Positions 37,080 through 46,837 are shown, counted from the first letter of the stretch. The stretch is DNA of 64,000 nt from Candidatus Iainarchaeum sp. (GCA_030649735.1 JAUSFL010000023.1:1-64000); one strand, 5' to 3'. The notes: generated by a model not told the origin, from the sequence alone. Translations and numbers: made by a program.

Positions 37080-37465
37080 AATTAATGCCATTATTCAAGA
37101 AAGCAAGATTGACAAGAGGCCGGCTCTTTGAAAAAGTTGGCGCTTTTTCACAGGCTGGGTCAAGGAATTTTGCAAAAGTTTACACTAAGCAATTGTCTGT
37201 AGCCACTGGCAGGCCTGCAATCGCAAAGTCTTTGGCAAATGAACAAGATAGGTTTTCTCCAGATTATGCCCAAATTTTAAGAAATTTGGGAAAAACTAGG
37301 ATTCGTGGGACTAAAAGAGAAAAAGTTGTCCAAAGAAAAAAGATCGTGAGAGCAATTAGTAAAAAGACTGGTTCTCCTCCAAGGCATTTTGGCCTGGCGT
37401 TAAGGGAATCGAGAATAATTGCCGAAGTCCCGCATCCTACATCAGTCAAAAGGAGGGCTAAATAA
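37076..37465 (+). CDS. Highly basic orphan protein
   Basis: R/K-rich ORF that fills the gap with overlapping start and stop codons. Confidence 0.55.
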   Translation: MKLMPLFKKARLTRGRLFEKVGAFSQAGSRNFAKVYTKQLSVATGRPAIAKSLANEQDRFSPDYAQILRNLGKTRIRGTKREKVVQRKKIVRAISKKTGSPPRHFGLALRESRIIAEVPHPTSVKRRAK

Positions 37466-37863
37466 TGTTTCGAAGCACGCCAATAATTCGCTGGAGAAAA
37501 TACCAAGAGCGCTATAATTTGATGGGCGCAAAGTGCGAGAAGTGCGGCAAACTACATTACCCGCAGCCTGCATTATGCACTTGCGGTTCTTCAAAATTCA
37601 TTGCGCACAAGTTCAAGGGAGAAGGCACTTTGCTTTCTTTCACTGACATTGGCTCTGGCCCAGAGGCCTATGCAGAGCATGCGCCTTACTGCCTTGGAAT
37701 AATCCAATTGTCTGAAGGCCCTAAGATTACAAGCCAGCTTTCAGACTGCAAGTTGGAAGACTTGAAGATTGGAATGCAAATGATTGCGACTTTCAGGAAG
37801 TTTTACTCTTCCGGAGAAAAAGGCGCAATTTATTACGGAACAAAATTCACGCCGAAATGGTGA
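37465..37863 (+). CDS. DUF35 Zn-ribbon/OB-fold scaffold of the thiolase-HMGS complex
   Basis: GAKCEKCGKLHYPQ..C.CGS, GEGTLLSFT, IYYGTKF. Confidence 0.93.
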   Translation: MFRSTPIIRWRKYQERYNLMGAKCEKCGKLHYPQPALCTCGSSKFIAHKFKGEGTLLSFTDIGSGPEAYAEHAPYCLGIIQLSEGPKITSQLSDCKLEDLKIGMQMIATFRKFYSSGEKGAIYYGTKFTPKW

Positions 37864-37924
37864 TTTTTCGTTCATTGTCTTTCAAAAAATAGTTTTTAAT
37901 CATTCATTGCAGTAATTGATTATT

Positions 37925-38923
37925 ATGAAACAAGTCAAGGCTTCAGCTCCGGGAAATCTGTTCTTTGCAGGAGAGCACGCAGTGGTTTACAATTATCCAG
38001 CAATTGTCACTTCCATTGGAAAGCGGACTTTTGTCACAGCTTCTTCAAGAGAAGATATTATAGTTGAAATTGAGAGTAGTGCTTTTGGAATTGCGACAGC
38101 AAAAAACCGCAATGGCCAGTTGATTGAGCGCTCCATGGAAAAGAAAGAATTGAATTCTGTAATGGATTTGTGCGAGAAAGTAATTCAAGACTTCAAGATT
38201 TCTGACGGCTTTTCCTTAAAGATTGAGTCCGAAATTCCAGTAGAGTCTGGAATGTCTTCAAGCACTGCTGTTTTGTGCGCTAGTTTTTGCGCAATCACTG
38301 AATTGTTCGGTCAGCACGTAAAGCCTGAAAAGTATTTTGATTCTTTGTATCCTTTGCAGGTGAAAATTCACGGTGGAAAGGCTTCAGGCGCGGAAATTTA
38401 CTCTTCTTCAGTTGGTGGATTCAACAGGATTCAAAAAGTTGAAGAGAACGGAAAAGTCGTGCAGAAAGTAAAGTCTTTGGGAAAGCAAGAGTTTTCAGTG
38501 GTTATTGGGAACACTAAAGTGCGCGGCCCAACAGCACTTGTTGTTGGAGTTCATCACCCAAGTATAATTAAGAGATTTCCAGAATTAGTTCGGGATTCTT
38601 GGAAAAAAATTGAAAAAATCGTGAAGTCAATGCAGTCAGCAATAAAAAAAGGGGATGTGGTAAAAGTTGGAAAGTTAATGACTGCAAACCAGAAAGTTCT
38701 TTCCAAAATTATGCTTTCTCACCCAAAATTGGACGATTGCATTACTGAAGCCTTGAAGGCCGGTGCTTTAGGAGCAAAGCTTTCTGGCGGAGGCTGGGGC
38801 GGAGTAATGTTTGCCTTAGTGCGCAAGGAAGACGAGGATAAAGTTGCAAAGGCAATTGAAAGCACTGGAAGCGAGGCAATAATTACCGAAATTGGCGGAG
38901 AAGGAGTCAGAGTTGAGGAATAA
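37925..38923 (+). CDS. mvk: Mevalonate kinase (GHMP family, atypical motifs)
   Basis: SAPGNLFFAGEHAVVY, IPVESGMSSS, GAKLSGGGWGG; operon context. Confidence 0.85.
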   Translation: MKQVKASAPGNLFFAGEHAVVYNYPAIVTSIGKRTFVTASSREDIIVEIESSAFGIATAKNRNGQLIERSMEKKELNSVMDLCEKVIQDFKISDGFSLKIESEIPVESGMSSSTAVLCASFCAITELFGQHVKPEKYFDSLYPLQVKIHGGKASGAEIYSSSVGGFNRIQKVEENGKVVQKVKSLGKQEFSVVIGNTKVRGPTALVVGVHHPSIIKRFPELVRDSWKKIEKIVKSMQSAIKKGDVVKVGKLMTANQKVLSKIMLSHPKLDDCITEALKAGALGAKLSGGGWGGVMFALVRKEDEDKVAKAIESTGSEAIITEIGGEGVRVEE

Positions 38924-38932
38924 TTTGATATT

Positions 38933-39490
38933 ATGAAAAAGAAAATTATCGTTGGAATTACTGGCGCTTCTGGAATAGAATACGCTATCGAGTTCTTGAA
39001 GGGACTGAAAGAGCGCAAGGAAATAGAGACTCACTTGATAATTAGCGAGGCCGCAAAGAAAGTTCTCGAAATAGAGACCGAATTCAAAAGCAAGGATCTG
39101 GAAAAGCTTGTTGACTTTGTTTACGACAACAAAAACATGGCTGCTTCAGTAAGTTCTTCGAGCTTTAAGATTGATTCAATGATTGTAATTCCAGCTTCTG
39201 TGAAAACCTGCTCTGCAATAGCGAATGCTTACACTGACGAATTGATTGTGCGCTGCGCTGATAACATGTTAAAGTTTAAGAAAAAATTAGTTGTTTGTAT
39301 TAGAGAAACGCCATTAAGTTCCGCTTGCCTGAAAAATTTGCACGAGCTTTCACTGATGGGTGCAGTTGTGATGCCTTTAAGTCCTGGCTTTTATTTGAAT
39401 CCAAAGTCTAAAAAAGACTTAATCTTTTTTATGATTGGTAAGTGCCTTGATTCTTTGGAAATTGACAATGACTTCAAAAGGTGGAAATAA
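38933..39490 (+). CDS. ubiX: Flavin prenyltransferase UbiX
   Basis: VGITGASG, SSSSF, PASVKT, RETPL, PGFY. Confidence 0.93.
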   Translation: MKKKIIVGITGASGIEYAIEFLKGLKERKEIETHLIISEAAKKVLEIETEFKSKDLEKLVDFVYDNKNMAASVSSSSFKIDSMIVIPASVKTCSAIANAYTDELIVRCADNMLKFKKKLVVCIRETPLSSACLKNLHELSLMGAVVMPLSPGFYLNPKSKKDLIFFMIGKCLDSLEIDNDFKRWK

Positions 39491-40794
39491 TGGGTTTTAG
39501 GGATTATTTGCAAAAGCTTGAAAAGTCTCACAAGTTGCAAAAAATTAGCGCGTCTGTTTCAAAGCATTTGGAAGCTTCAGGGATTCTAAAAGCCATTGAG
39601 CCTAAGGCAGTTCTTTTTGAAAAAATCAAAGAAAGCAATTTTAAAGTGGCTGGAAATGTTTTTCCGACAAAAGATTCAATAGCCGATTATGTGGGTTGCG
39701 AGACAAGTGAATTGATTTCAACAATCAATAAAGCAATCTCTAACATGAAAGCCCCTGAGGAAACAAAGAATGCAAAATGCCAGGAAGTCGTTGAAGAAAT
39801 CGTTGACCTTGATAAATTGCCTATTTTATTCCATTGTGCGCATGATGGTGGAAATTACATAAGCTCTGGGATTGTTGTTTCAAAAGACAAAGAATTCGGG
39901 CAAAACCTTGACTTTCACAGGATGATGCAGATTGGAAAGAATAAGTTTTCAGTAAGGATTGTTAAAGAGCGAAATTTTGACACTTTCTTGAAGAAAAACG
40001 GCGAAATGGACATTGCTGTTTGCATAGGAAACGGAGCAAATGTTCTGGTTGCTGCTGCAACTTCAATAGAAATTGGAAAAAACGAGCTTGGAATTGCAAA
40101 TGCGCTAGAGCCTTTGACAGTCACTCGCGCTAAAACTTCGGACTTGCTTATCCCTTCAGACTGCGAGTTTGTGATTGAAGGAAGGATTGTGCTTGAAGAA
40201 AAGGCAAATGAAGGTCCGTTTGTTGACTTGACTGAAACTCTTGATGTTGTAAGGCAAGAGCCAGTTCTTACAGTAAAAAAAATAACCCACAGGAAAGACG
40301 CAATCTGGCAGGCACTGCTTCCAGGTGCATTAGAGCACAAGGTTTTGATGGGAATGCCGCGCGAACCCACAATTTTCAAGAAAGTCAACGAGGCAGGAGT
40401 GAAATGCATTGATGTTAATGTAAATCCTGGAGGCTGCAGCTGGTTGCATGCTATTGTGAAGATCGACAAGCAAAATGAAGACGATGGAAAAAAGGCAATT
40501 GACGCTGCATTTGAAGGCCATAAGAGCTGCAAGCATATTTTTATTGTCGACAAGGACATTGACATTTACAATCCATTGGATGTGGAGTGGGCAATGGCAA
40601 CGCGCTTTCAGGCAGATGTGGACTTTAAAATGAAAGCCAGGGAAAAAGGCTCAAGCCTTGATCCAAGCGCTGATCCTGAAACCCACTTTACCACAAAATG
40701 TGGTTTGGACTGCACTGCATCCTTGCAGGTCAAAGGAAAGAATTTTTCCAAAGAGCCTTTCCCGCAGGTTGACTTGAAAAAGTATTTGAAGTGA
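39490..40794 (+). CDS. UbiD-family decarboxylase (anhydromevalonate phosphate decarboxylase)
   Basis: DGGNYI, EGPFVD, EHKVLMG, GGCSWLH, GSSLDPS; MVA context. Confidence 0.9.
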   Translation: MGFRDYLQKLEKSHKLQKISASVSKHLEASGILKAIEPKAVLFEKIKESNFKVAGNVFPTKDSIADYVGCETSELISTINKAISNMKAPEETKNAKCQEVVEEIVDLDKLPILFHCAHDGGNYISSGIVVSKDKEFGQNLDFHRMMQIGKNKFSVRIVKERNFDTFLKKNGEMDIAVCIGNGANVLVAAATSIEIGKNELGIANALEPLTVTRAKTSDLLIPSDCEFVIEGRIVLEEKANEGPFVDLTETLDVVRQEPVLTVKKITHRKDAIWQALLPGALEHKVLMGMPREPTIFKKVNEAGVKCIDVNVNPGGCSWLHAIVKIDKQNEDDGKKAIDAAFEGHKSCKHIFIVDKDIDIYNPLDVEWAMATRFQADVDFKMKAREKGSSLDPSADPETHFTTKCGLDCTASLQVKGKNFSKEPFPQVDLKKYLK

Positions 40795-40800
40795 TTTGAA

Positions 40801-41979
40801 ATGAAACTGACTGCTGACGAAAAGAAAATGCTTGCAGGCAAGCACGGGAATGCAGTAAAGAAGTCAATGGAAATTCTAGTGGCGCTTGGAGAGATTTTTG
40901 GAGCTAAAAGGCTGATTGATGTTGCAAGCGTTCAGGTTGCTGGAGTAAGCTATCATAATTTGGGCGATGCTGGATTGGAATTCTTGGAAGAGCTTGCAAA
41001 GGATGGCAAAGTCAAAGTATTGACTACTTTGAATCCTGCAGGAATGGACTTGGAAAACTGGAAGAACTTGGGAATTTCCCCAGAGTTTGCCGAAAAGCAA
41101 AAGAAAGTTATTGATGCCTTTGAAAAATTAGGCGTTGTAACAACTTGCACTTGCACTCCTTATTTTGTGGGAAACTTGCCGCGATTTGGAGAGCACATTG
41201 CATGGAGCGAAAGCAGTGCTGTCGCATTTTCAAATTCTATTATTGGGGCGTTCACAAACAAGGAGGGTGGACCAAGTGCTTTGGCTGCTGCATTGACTGG
41301 AAAAACTCCTGAATATGGTCTGCATTTGAAAGAAAACAGACAAGCTCAAGTCTTAGTAAATGTAAAAGCAAGGCTTGAAGGAACGCGGGATTTTGGGGCA
41401 TTAGGTTATGCGATTGGAAAAAAGATTGGCACAAAAATTCCATTGATTAAAGGAATTAAGAAAGCAAGCATTGAAGAACTGAAAAATTTCAGCGCGAGCA
41501 TTGCAACTTACGGCGGAACCGGGCTTTATCATATTGCGGGCATTACTCCTGCAAAAACACAAGCCCCTAAGGAAATAGTTTCAATAGGCGAATCAGACAT
41601 TGAAGCCGCAAAAACAGCATTAAATGACGCGGTTGAAGGTGAAATTGACCTTGTTGCAATAGGCTGCCCGCATTGCTCAATTAAAGAATTGCAAAATATT
41701 GCAAAGCTTTTGAAAGGGAAGAAAGTTAAAAAGGAAATTTGGATTTGCGTTGCAAGACCAGTGAAAAGCATTGCTGACAAAATGGGATATTCAAAAACAA
41801 TTGAAGAGTCAGGGGCAAAATTTGCATGCGACACTTGCATGGCAGTCGCTCCGTTGAAAGGCAGGTTTAAGGGGCTGGCTACAGACTCTGCCAAGGGCTG
41901 TTTTTATGGCAGGGGCAGCAATTCTTTCAAGACAAAATTTTGCACAATGGAAGAATGCATTCAAGAGGCGATTGAATGA
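40801..41979 (+). CDS. Phosphomevalonate dehydratase large subunit (AcnX)
   Basis: GVSYHNLG, TTLNP, TCTCTPY, WSESSA, GCPHCS, DTCMAVAP, TDSAK. Confidence 0.93.
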   Translation: MKLTADEKKMLAGKHGNAVKKSMEILVALGEIFGAKRLIDVASVQVAGVSYHNLGDAGLEFLEELAKDGKVKVLTTLNPAGMDLENWKNLGISPEFAEKQKKVIDAFEKLGVVTTCTCTPYFVGNLPRFGEHIAWSESSAVAFSNSIIGAFTNKEGGPSALAAALTGKTPEYGLHLKENRQAQVLVNVKARLEGTRDFGALGYAIGKKIGTKIPLIKGIKKASIEELKNFSASIATYGGTGLYHIAGITPAKTQAPKEIVSIGESDIEAAKTALNDAVEGEIDLVAIGCPHCSIKELQNIAKLLKGKKVKKEIWICVARPVKSIADKMGYSKTIEESGAKFACDTCMAVAPLKGRFKGLATDSAKGCFYGRGSNSFKTKFCTMEECIQEAIE

Positions 41980-42365
41980 ATCTTAAAGGAAGGAAAATCT
42001 GCGCTGGAAAAGCCAAAGGCGAGGCAATTGTTTCAAATCAAGGAATTTCATTTTATGGCGGCGTAGACCCTAACACTGGAATTGTTGTTGAAAAAGGCCA
42101 CGAGCTTGAAGGCAAAAGCATTGCAGGAAAAATTCTTGTTTTTCCGCAAGGAAAAGGCAGCACTGTAGGGAGCTACACAATGTACCGCCTGAAAAAGAAT
42201 GGAAAAGCGCCTTTAGCAATTATAAACAAGGAATGCGAAACAATAGTTGCTGTTGGGGCAATAATTTCAGAAATTCCCTGCATTGACAAGATTGACATTT
42301 CCCAAATAAAAACCGGCCAAAATTTAGCGGTTGATGCAGAGAACGGAATTGTGGAAGTGCAATAA
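41976..42365 (+). CDS. Phosphomevalonate dehydratase small subunit (AcnX swivel, DUF126)
   Basis: ISFYGGVDP.TG, GKILVFP.GKGSTVGSY. Confidence 0.93.
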   Translation: MNLKGRKICAGKAKGEAIVSNQGISFYGGVDPNTGIVVEKGHELEGKSIAGKILVFPQGKGSTVGSYTMYRLKKNGKAPLAIINKECETIVAVGAIISEIPCIDKIDISQIKTGQNLAVDAENGIVEVQ

Positions 42366-43171
42366 TGCCTGTTCCATTGTATATTATGAAGGTTGGCGGT
42401 TCTGTTTGCACTAAAAAGGCAGAGAACAAATTTGAGGCAAATCGCGAATTAATAGCAAAAGTCGCTTCTGAAATAAAGCGCGCGCAAGCAAATAAAGAAT
42501 TCCAATTAATTTTAGTCCATGGCGCAGGGCCCTTTGGGCACACTAATGTGAAAAATTACGGCATTAATGATGGAATAAAGACAGAACAGCATGTTGAAGG
42601 ATTTATCAAAACTCACTTGGCAATGCAGGAATTAAATTCTGTGTTTTTGCAAGAGTTTGAAAACGCAGGCTTGAAGGCGATTGCAATTGACCCGACAGCT
42701 TGCATTGTTCAAAACAACAAGAAAATCTCAAAGTTTGAAACTTTACCTCTAGAACTTCTTTTGAAAATGAACTCTAAAATAATTTCCATAATGTACGGCG
42801 ACATGGTTGTTGACTTGAAAATTGGCGGCAGTGTAGTGAGCGGCGATGCGATAATTTCTTACCTTGCACACCGATTGAAGGCAAGCAAGATTCTGCTTGG
42901 GACTGATGTTGCCGGAGTTTTTGAGGCAGACCCTAAAAAATTTCCCAACGCCAAACGAATTGAAATAATTGACAAGAAAAATTTCAATCAAATAATAAAA
43001 AACGTGACTGGATCTAATGCAATTGACGTTACGGGGGGAATGAAAGAGAAACTCTTGAAATTACGGCAGCAGCTTTCTGGCTGCAATGCACTGATTTTTG
43101 ACATGCGCATTGCCGAAAACACTATCAAAGCGCTTGTCGGAAGCGTTGAAGGAACTAAAATTCTACTTTGA
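42365..43171 (+). CDS. ipk: Isopentenyl phosphate kinase
   Basis: KVGGSVCTKK, VHGAGPFGH, GDMV, SGDAI, DVTGGMKEK. Confidence 0.93.
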   Translation: MPVPLYIMKVGGSVCTKKAENKFEANRELIAKVASEIKRAQANKEFQLILVHGAGPFGHTNVKNYGINDGIKTEQHVEGFIKTHLAMQELNSVFLQEFENAGLKAIAIDPTACIVQNNKKISKFETLPLELLLKMNSKIISIMYGDMVVDLKIGGSVVSGDAIISYLAHRLKASKILLGTDVAGVFEADPKKFPNAKRIEIIDKKNFNQIIKNVTGSNAIDVTGGMKEKLLKLRQQLSGCNALIFDMRIAENTIKALVGSVEGTKILL

Positions 43172-43975
43172 TTTCTTGAATGCTTTTTCAATTTCGGCAA
43201 TTAACTTAGTTATTGGCTGGGAATTCTCGAATATTTGGTCATAAATTTCTGAAAAATCCTTTAATCCTTTAATGCAAATCCAACAGCTTGAATGCATATT
43301 GGATGGAAGAGTAAATCCAAGCATTAATTCTTTTTCTGTTATTGCCATTGAATTAATGCTTCTTAAGGGGGCATATCTCAATTCCATGTTTTCTAATTTG
43401 GAGAGTTTTTTCAGGTTTTCAAATGCTTGCTTGTCCTTTTTTTCTATTATTGTGGATTTTGTCAAATCCCCAGCAATCAAGTATTTGACAAAAATTTCGT
43501 TTTTTTCTATTTTAGCTATCAAAGCATCCAAATATTTGCCCATATCCGGTTCAAAATAACGTTCACTCTCAAAAATAAGCCCCGGAGTTTTCGAGCTAAG
43601 CTTTATGTTTTTTGCTTTGCTTATAATTTTACAAAGATGATTCCAACTTTCCTTTCGATTAAAGAATATTTTTGCATTGACCCAGTCTTTGCATTCTTTT
43701 CCTGACTCGTAATTTTCTAAAACTCTTCTAGTAAAGGCATTTATTTCTTTGAGCCAAATTGGGTTTAAACTATATTCTCTTTCCTTTTTTGTGATTATGC
43801 CGTCATCCAAAAGCACAGTTAAACACTTGTGAATGGCTTGATATGACAGATTTCTTCCAAGATTCCTTTGAACTTTATGGTAAACTTCTTTTGCATTCAA
43901 AGGCCATTCTTCAGAAAGAACCGCAATTATGTTTTTACTAACTGATTCTTTTTGCATCAAGAAACTTAAAACCAT
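43163..43975 (-). CDS. Winged-helix transcriptional regulator with TrmB-like effector domain
   Basis: WPLNAKEVY...LSYQAIHKCLTVLLDDGII...YSLN; C-terminus resembles the TrmB sensor fold; AT-rich. Confidence 0.75.
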   Translation of the reverse strand: MVLSFLMQKESVSKNIIAVLSEEWPLNAKEVYHKVQRNLGRNLSYQAIHKCLTVLLDDGIITKKEREYSLNPIWLKEINAFTRRVLENYESGKECKDWVNAKIFFNRKESWNHLCKIISKAKNIKLSSKTPGLIFESERYFEPDMGKYLDALIAKIEKNEIFVKYLIAGDLTKSTIIEKKDKQAFENLKKLSKLENMELRYAPLRSINSMAITEKELMLGFTLPSNMHSSCWICIKGLKDFSEIYDQIFENSQPITKLIAEIEKAFKKSK

Positions 43976-44081
43976 AAAATACTCAAGGGTAATAAGCTTA
44001 AAATTAGAGAACTCTGATTTAAATACTATAAATTTAGTGGAATATTCAAATTAGGGTTAAAATGCCTTTAAACTAATTAAC

Positions 44082-44145
44082 CTTTAAAACCTCTAAAAAG
44101 GTTTTAAAGTTTCAAAAACAAGCCAAATTTTTGAAACCTTTAAAA
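44082..44145. promoter_or_regulatory. Nested inverted repeats (putative operator) between the regulator and fni
   Basis: CTTTAAAACCT-N6-AGGTTTTAAAG (44082-44109) and GTTTCAAAAA-N9-TTTTTGAAAC (44109-44137). Confidence 0.55.
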
Positions 44146-44168
44146 ACTCCTTTTTGGATAGTTTTATC

Positions 44169-45224
44169 ATGGCTTTAAAAAAGAAGGAAATCCAGACTGT
44201 TTCTCGAAAGAGAGAGCACATTGACATTTCGTTAAAGCATGACGTGCAGTTCAAGAAAAAGACCACTGGCTTTGAGGATGTAGAGCTGGAGTACTTGGCT
44301 TTGCCTGAATTGGATTTTAAGGAAATTGACACTTCAACAAAGTTTTTGGGCTTTAATTTTTCATTCCCACTGTTTGCCAGTTCTATCACTGGCGGCCATG
44401 CTGATGTTAAGAAAATCAACGAGGAAATAGCAAAGGCCTGCAGCAATGCAGGAATTGGAATGGCTTTGGGAAGCATTCGAGCAATGCTAGAGGACAAGAA
44501 AGTTGCAGATTCTTACAAAGTCCGAAAGTTTTTGCCTAAAGGATTCTTGGCGGGAAATTTAGGAGTTTCCCAATTGAAGGATTATTCTGCACAGCAGATT
44601 GGAAAAGCGCTTGATGAATTGCAGGCTGACGCGTTGTTCATTCATTTGAACGCTGCCCAAGAGGCATTGCAAAAGGATGGAACTCCAAACTTCAAGAACT
44701 GCATCAAGCAATTATATGATTTTTGCGAGGCTTTTGAAAAGCCGGTTATTTTGAAGGAAGTGGGTAATGGAATTTCCGGAACCACTGCCGAAATGCTAAA
44801 GGACGTTGAGTTTGAGGCTTTGGATGTTGCGGGCGCTGGCGGGACTTCCTGGACTGCAATTGATTCTTTAAGGGGCAATAAGGAAATTGCGGAAACTTTT
44901 TGGGATTTTGGAACCCCGACTGCAGTGAGCTTGATTCAGGCAAGAATGGTTTTTGATTCCACTCCAATAATCGCTTCTGGAGGAATCCGCTCCGGGCTTG
45001 ACGTTGCAAAAGCAATCACTTTAGGCGCTGACTTGGCTGGAACTGCAATGCCTGTACTGCATGCGCAGCACAAGGGTGGAGTGAAGGGAATTGAAGAATT
45101 GTTCTCAAAAATGCAGAAAGAATTCAGGATTGGAATGTTTTTGACTGGCGCAAAAAAGCCCGAGGAATTAAAGGGCAGAAAGTATTACTTGTTTGGAAAA
45201 ACCGCGGAATGGGTCGAGCAATAA
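44169..45224 (+). CDS. fni: Type 2 isopentenyl-diphosphate isomerase
   Basis: RKREHI, SITGG, HLNAAQE, KEVGNG, GAGGTSW, ASGGIRSG. Confidence 0.95.
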   Translation: MALKKKEIQTVSRKREHIDISLKHDVQFKKKTTGFEDVELEYLALPELDFKEIDTSTKFLGFNFSFPLFASSITGGHADVKKINEEIAKACSNAGIGMALGSIRAMLEDKKVADSYKVRKFLPKGFLAGNLGVSQLKDYSAQQIGKALDELQADALFIHLNAAQEALQKDGTPNFKNCIKQLYDFCEAFEKPVILKEVGNGISGTTAEMLKDVEFEALDVAGAGGTSWTAIDSLRGNKEIAETFWDFGTPTAVSLIQARMVFDSTPIIASGGIRSGLDVAKAITLGADLAGTAMPVLHAQHKGGVKGIEELFSKMQKEFRIGMFLTGAKKPEELKGRKYYLFGKTAEWVEQ

Positions 45225-45689
45225 ATGCCTGCCAGAAAGCCGGCAAAGCCTGGAAGAAAAGAATTGATAAAGCAGATTAGAATGTTTGGCAGCGACGGCT
45301 ACACTCCTGCTGGTTTAAGGGCTGAAAGCGCAAGTTTTAGGCAATCTGAGAGTCTTTTCAAGAGAACAGATTATCGCCCAGAGTATGCGGAGAATTCCAG
45401 AAGAGCTGCGATTGCCTCAAGGTTTGCTGCAATGCAAAAGTCAGGGGCTTTGGAACGAATTAAATTAAGGGCTGCTGCCGGAAGAAAAAGCAAGGCTTCA
45501 AGAAAAATGGTAGTTGCAAATATTAAAAGTTTGAGGAAGAAAAGTTATTCTCCGGAAGAATTAAGGGCTGCAAGCAGGCAGCTTAGCGCAAGAGGCCATA
45601 AGGAACTGGCTTTGGCCACTCGTTTTTCAGCAATGGAAAAGTCCGGCTCTTTGAAGAGATTGAAAAAAAACTCTAAAGCAAGGCGCTAA
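45225..45689 (+). CDS. Basic orphan protein with internal duplication
   Basis: MPARK start; two YxPxxLRAxS...A(I/L)AxRFxAMxKSGxLxR(I/L)K units. Confidence 0.65.
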   Translation: MPARKPAKPGRKELIKQIRMFGSDGYTPAGLRAESASFRQSESLFKRTDYRPEYAENSRRAAIASRFAAMQKSGALERIKLRAAAGRKSKASRKMVVANIKSLRKKSYSPEELRAASRQLSARGHKELALATRFSAMEKSGSLKRLKKNSKARR

Positions 45690-45795
45690 TTTCTTCATTT
45701 TTCGCTTTTTTCCAAGGGCTTAAATACCAAAAGGCTTTTATTAACTGTAATCAGTAAATAATACAGTTTTGCGTGTTTTTCTAGAGTGATTTTTA

Positions 45796-46557
45796 ATGGC
45801 TGCTGAATCGATTGAATTGCTGGAGCAATTAGGGCTTACAGAATACGAGGCCAAGACTCTTTCCACATTGTTCAGGCTTAAGGAAACAGAGGCTCCGGAA
45901 ATCAGCCGCTTGGCCCAGGTTCCAAAAACAAGGGTTTATGATGTATTGGAGCGCTTGACAAAGCGCGGCCTGGTGATTGAAATTTACGGCAGGCCGAAAA
46001 AATACCGCGTTATGGAGCCGGAAACTGTCTTTGAAGAATTGATTAATGGAAAAAAGGCGGAGATTAAAGGCCTTGAGGAAAAGGCAAGGATTGTCAAAAA
46101 CTTGTTTGGCAATGTGAAGCTTTCTGAAGAAGAGTCCGGGGAAAAAGTCATGAAAGTCAAGGACAAGAATGACTTTTTGCGGATTCTCGCGCAAGAAATT
46201 GATTCCGCAAAAAGCGAGGTTGTGGCTTTCTCAAAGCTTGACGAAAACCAGGCAATCTTGAAGGAAGCATTGCATAATGCCTTGGAAAGGAATGTTAACG
46301 TGAAAATGCTTTCAAAAGTCCCAAAGTCTTTAAGCGCTGAGGCAAAGCTTTTTTCAAAGAATGGAATGTCCTTGAGAGACCATGATCATGGAATGAACGC
46401 TTACATCATTGATGGAAAAAAAGTCATTTTGGCATTGAGCGATTTTTCAAAGGAAAAGCCAGAATACCATTTTACTATCTGGAACAACCACAAGCCAATG
46501 GTCAACACAATCCAGAAATACTTTGACCACTGCTGGGCCCAAGGCAAAGATGTTTGA
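45796..46557 (+). CDS. TrmB-family transcriptional regulator / chromatin protein
   Basis: LGLTEYEAK, EISRLAQVPKTRVYDVLERL, GRPKKYR, IIDGKKV. Confidence 0.92.
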   Translation: MAAESIELLEQLGLTEYEAKTLSTLFRLKETEAPEISRLAQVPKTRVYDVLERLTKRGLVIEIYGRPKKYRVMEPETVFEELINGKKAEIKGLEEKARIVKNLFGNVKLSEEESGEKVMKVKDKNDFLRILAQEIDSAKSEVVAFSKLDENQAILKEALHNALERNVNVKMLSKVPKSLSAEAKLFSKNGMSLRDHDHGMNAYIIDGKKVILALSDFSKEKPEYHFTIWNNHKPMVNTIQKYFDHCWAQGKDV

Positions 46558-46559
46558 AA

Positions 46560-46781
46560 ATGCCCGCCAGAAAAACTCCTTTTTTGAAAAGAAAGAACAA
46601 CAAGCGCGTTGTTCTAAGGCATGCTGAATTCTTCCAAACAAGGCTGCGCGAGGACAACTTGTTTTTTGGAAAAATGGTTCTGGACGCGTCAAAGGCTGCA
46701 ACGGGTAAAAAAAAGTCTTCTTTGCGCAGGATTGCGATTGCAAGGCGTTATGCCTCAATGCTGCAAGGGAAAAAGCAGTGA
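46560..46781 (+). CDS. Small basic orphan protein (possible paralog of 45225)
   Basis: MPARK start; RRIAIARRYASM resembles RRAAIASRFAAM. Confidence 0.55.
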   Translation: MPARKTPFLKRKNNKRVVLRHAEFFQTRLREDNLFFGKMVLDASKAATGKKKSSLRRIAIARRYASMLQGKKQ

Positions 46782-46837
46782 TTAAGTCCGGCAAAGCCGC
46801 AATCTAATTTATTAATTCTCAAGCGCTATTTTTTTGC

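Noticed and set aside
44082-44109. Perfect 11-6-11 inverted repeat as a dif site
   Set aside because: The geometry fits, but the inner bases are CCT/AGG rather than the TAA/TTA typical of Xer sites, and it lies in a divergent promoter; an operator is more likely.
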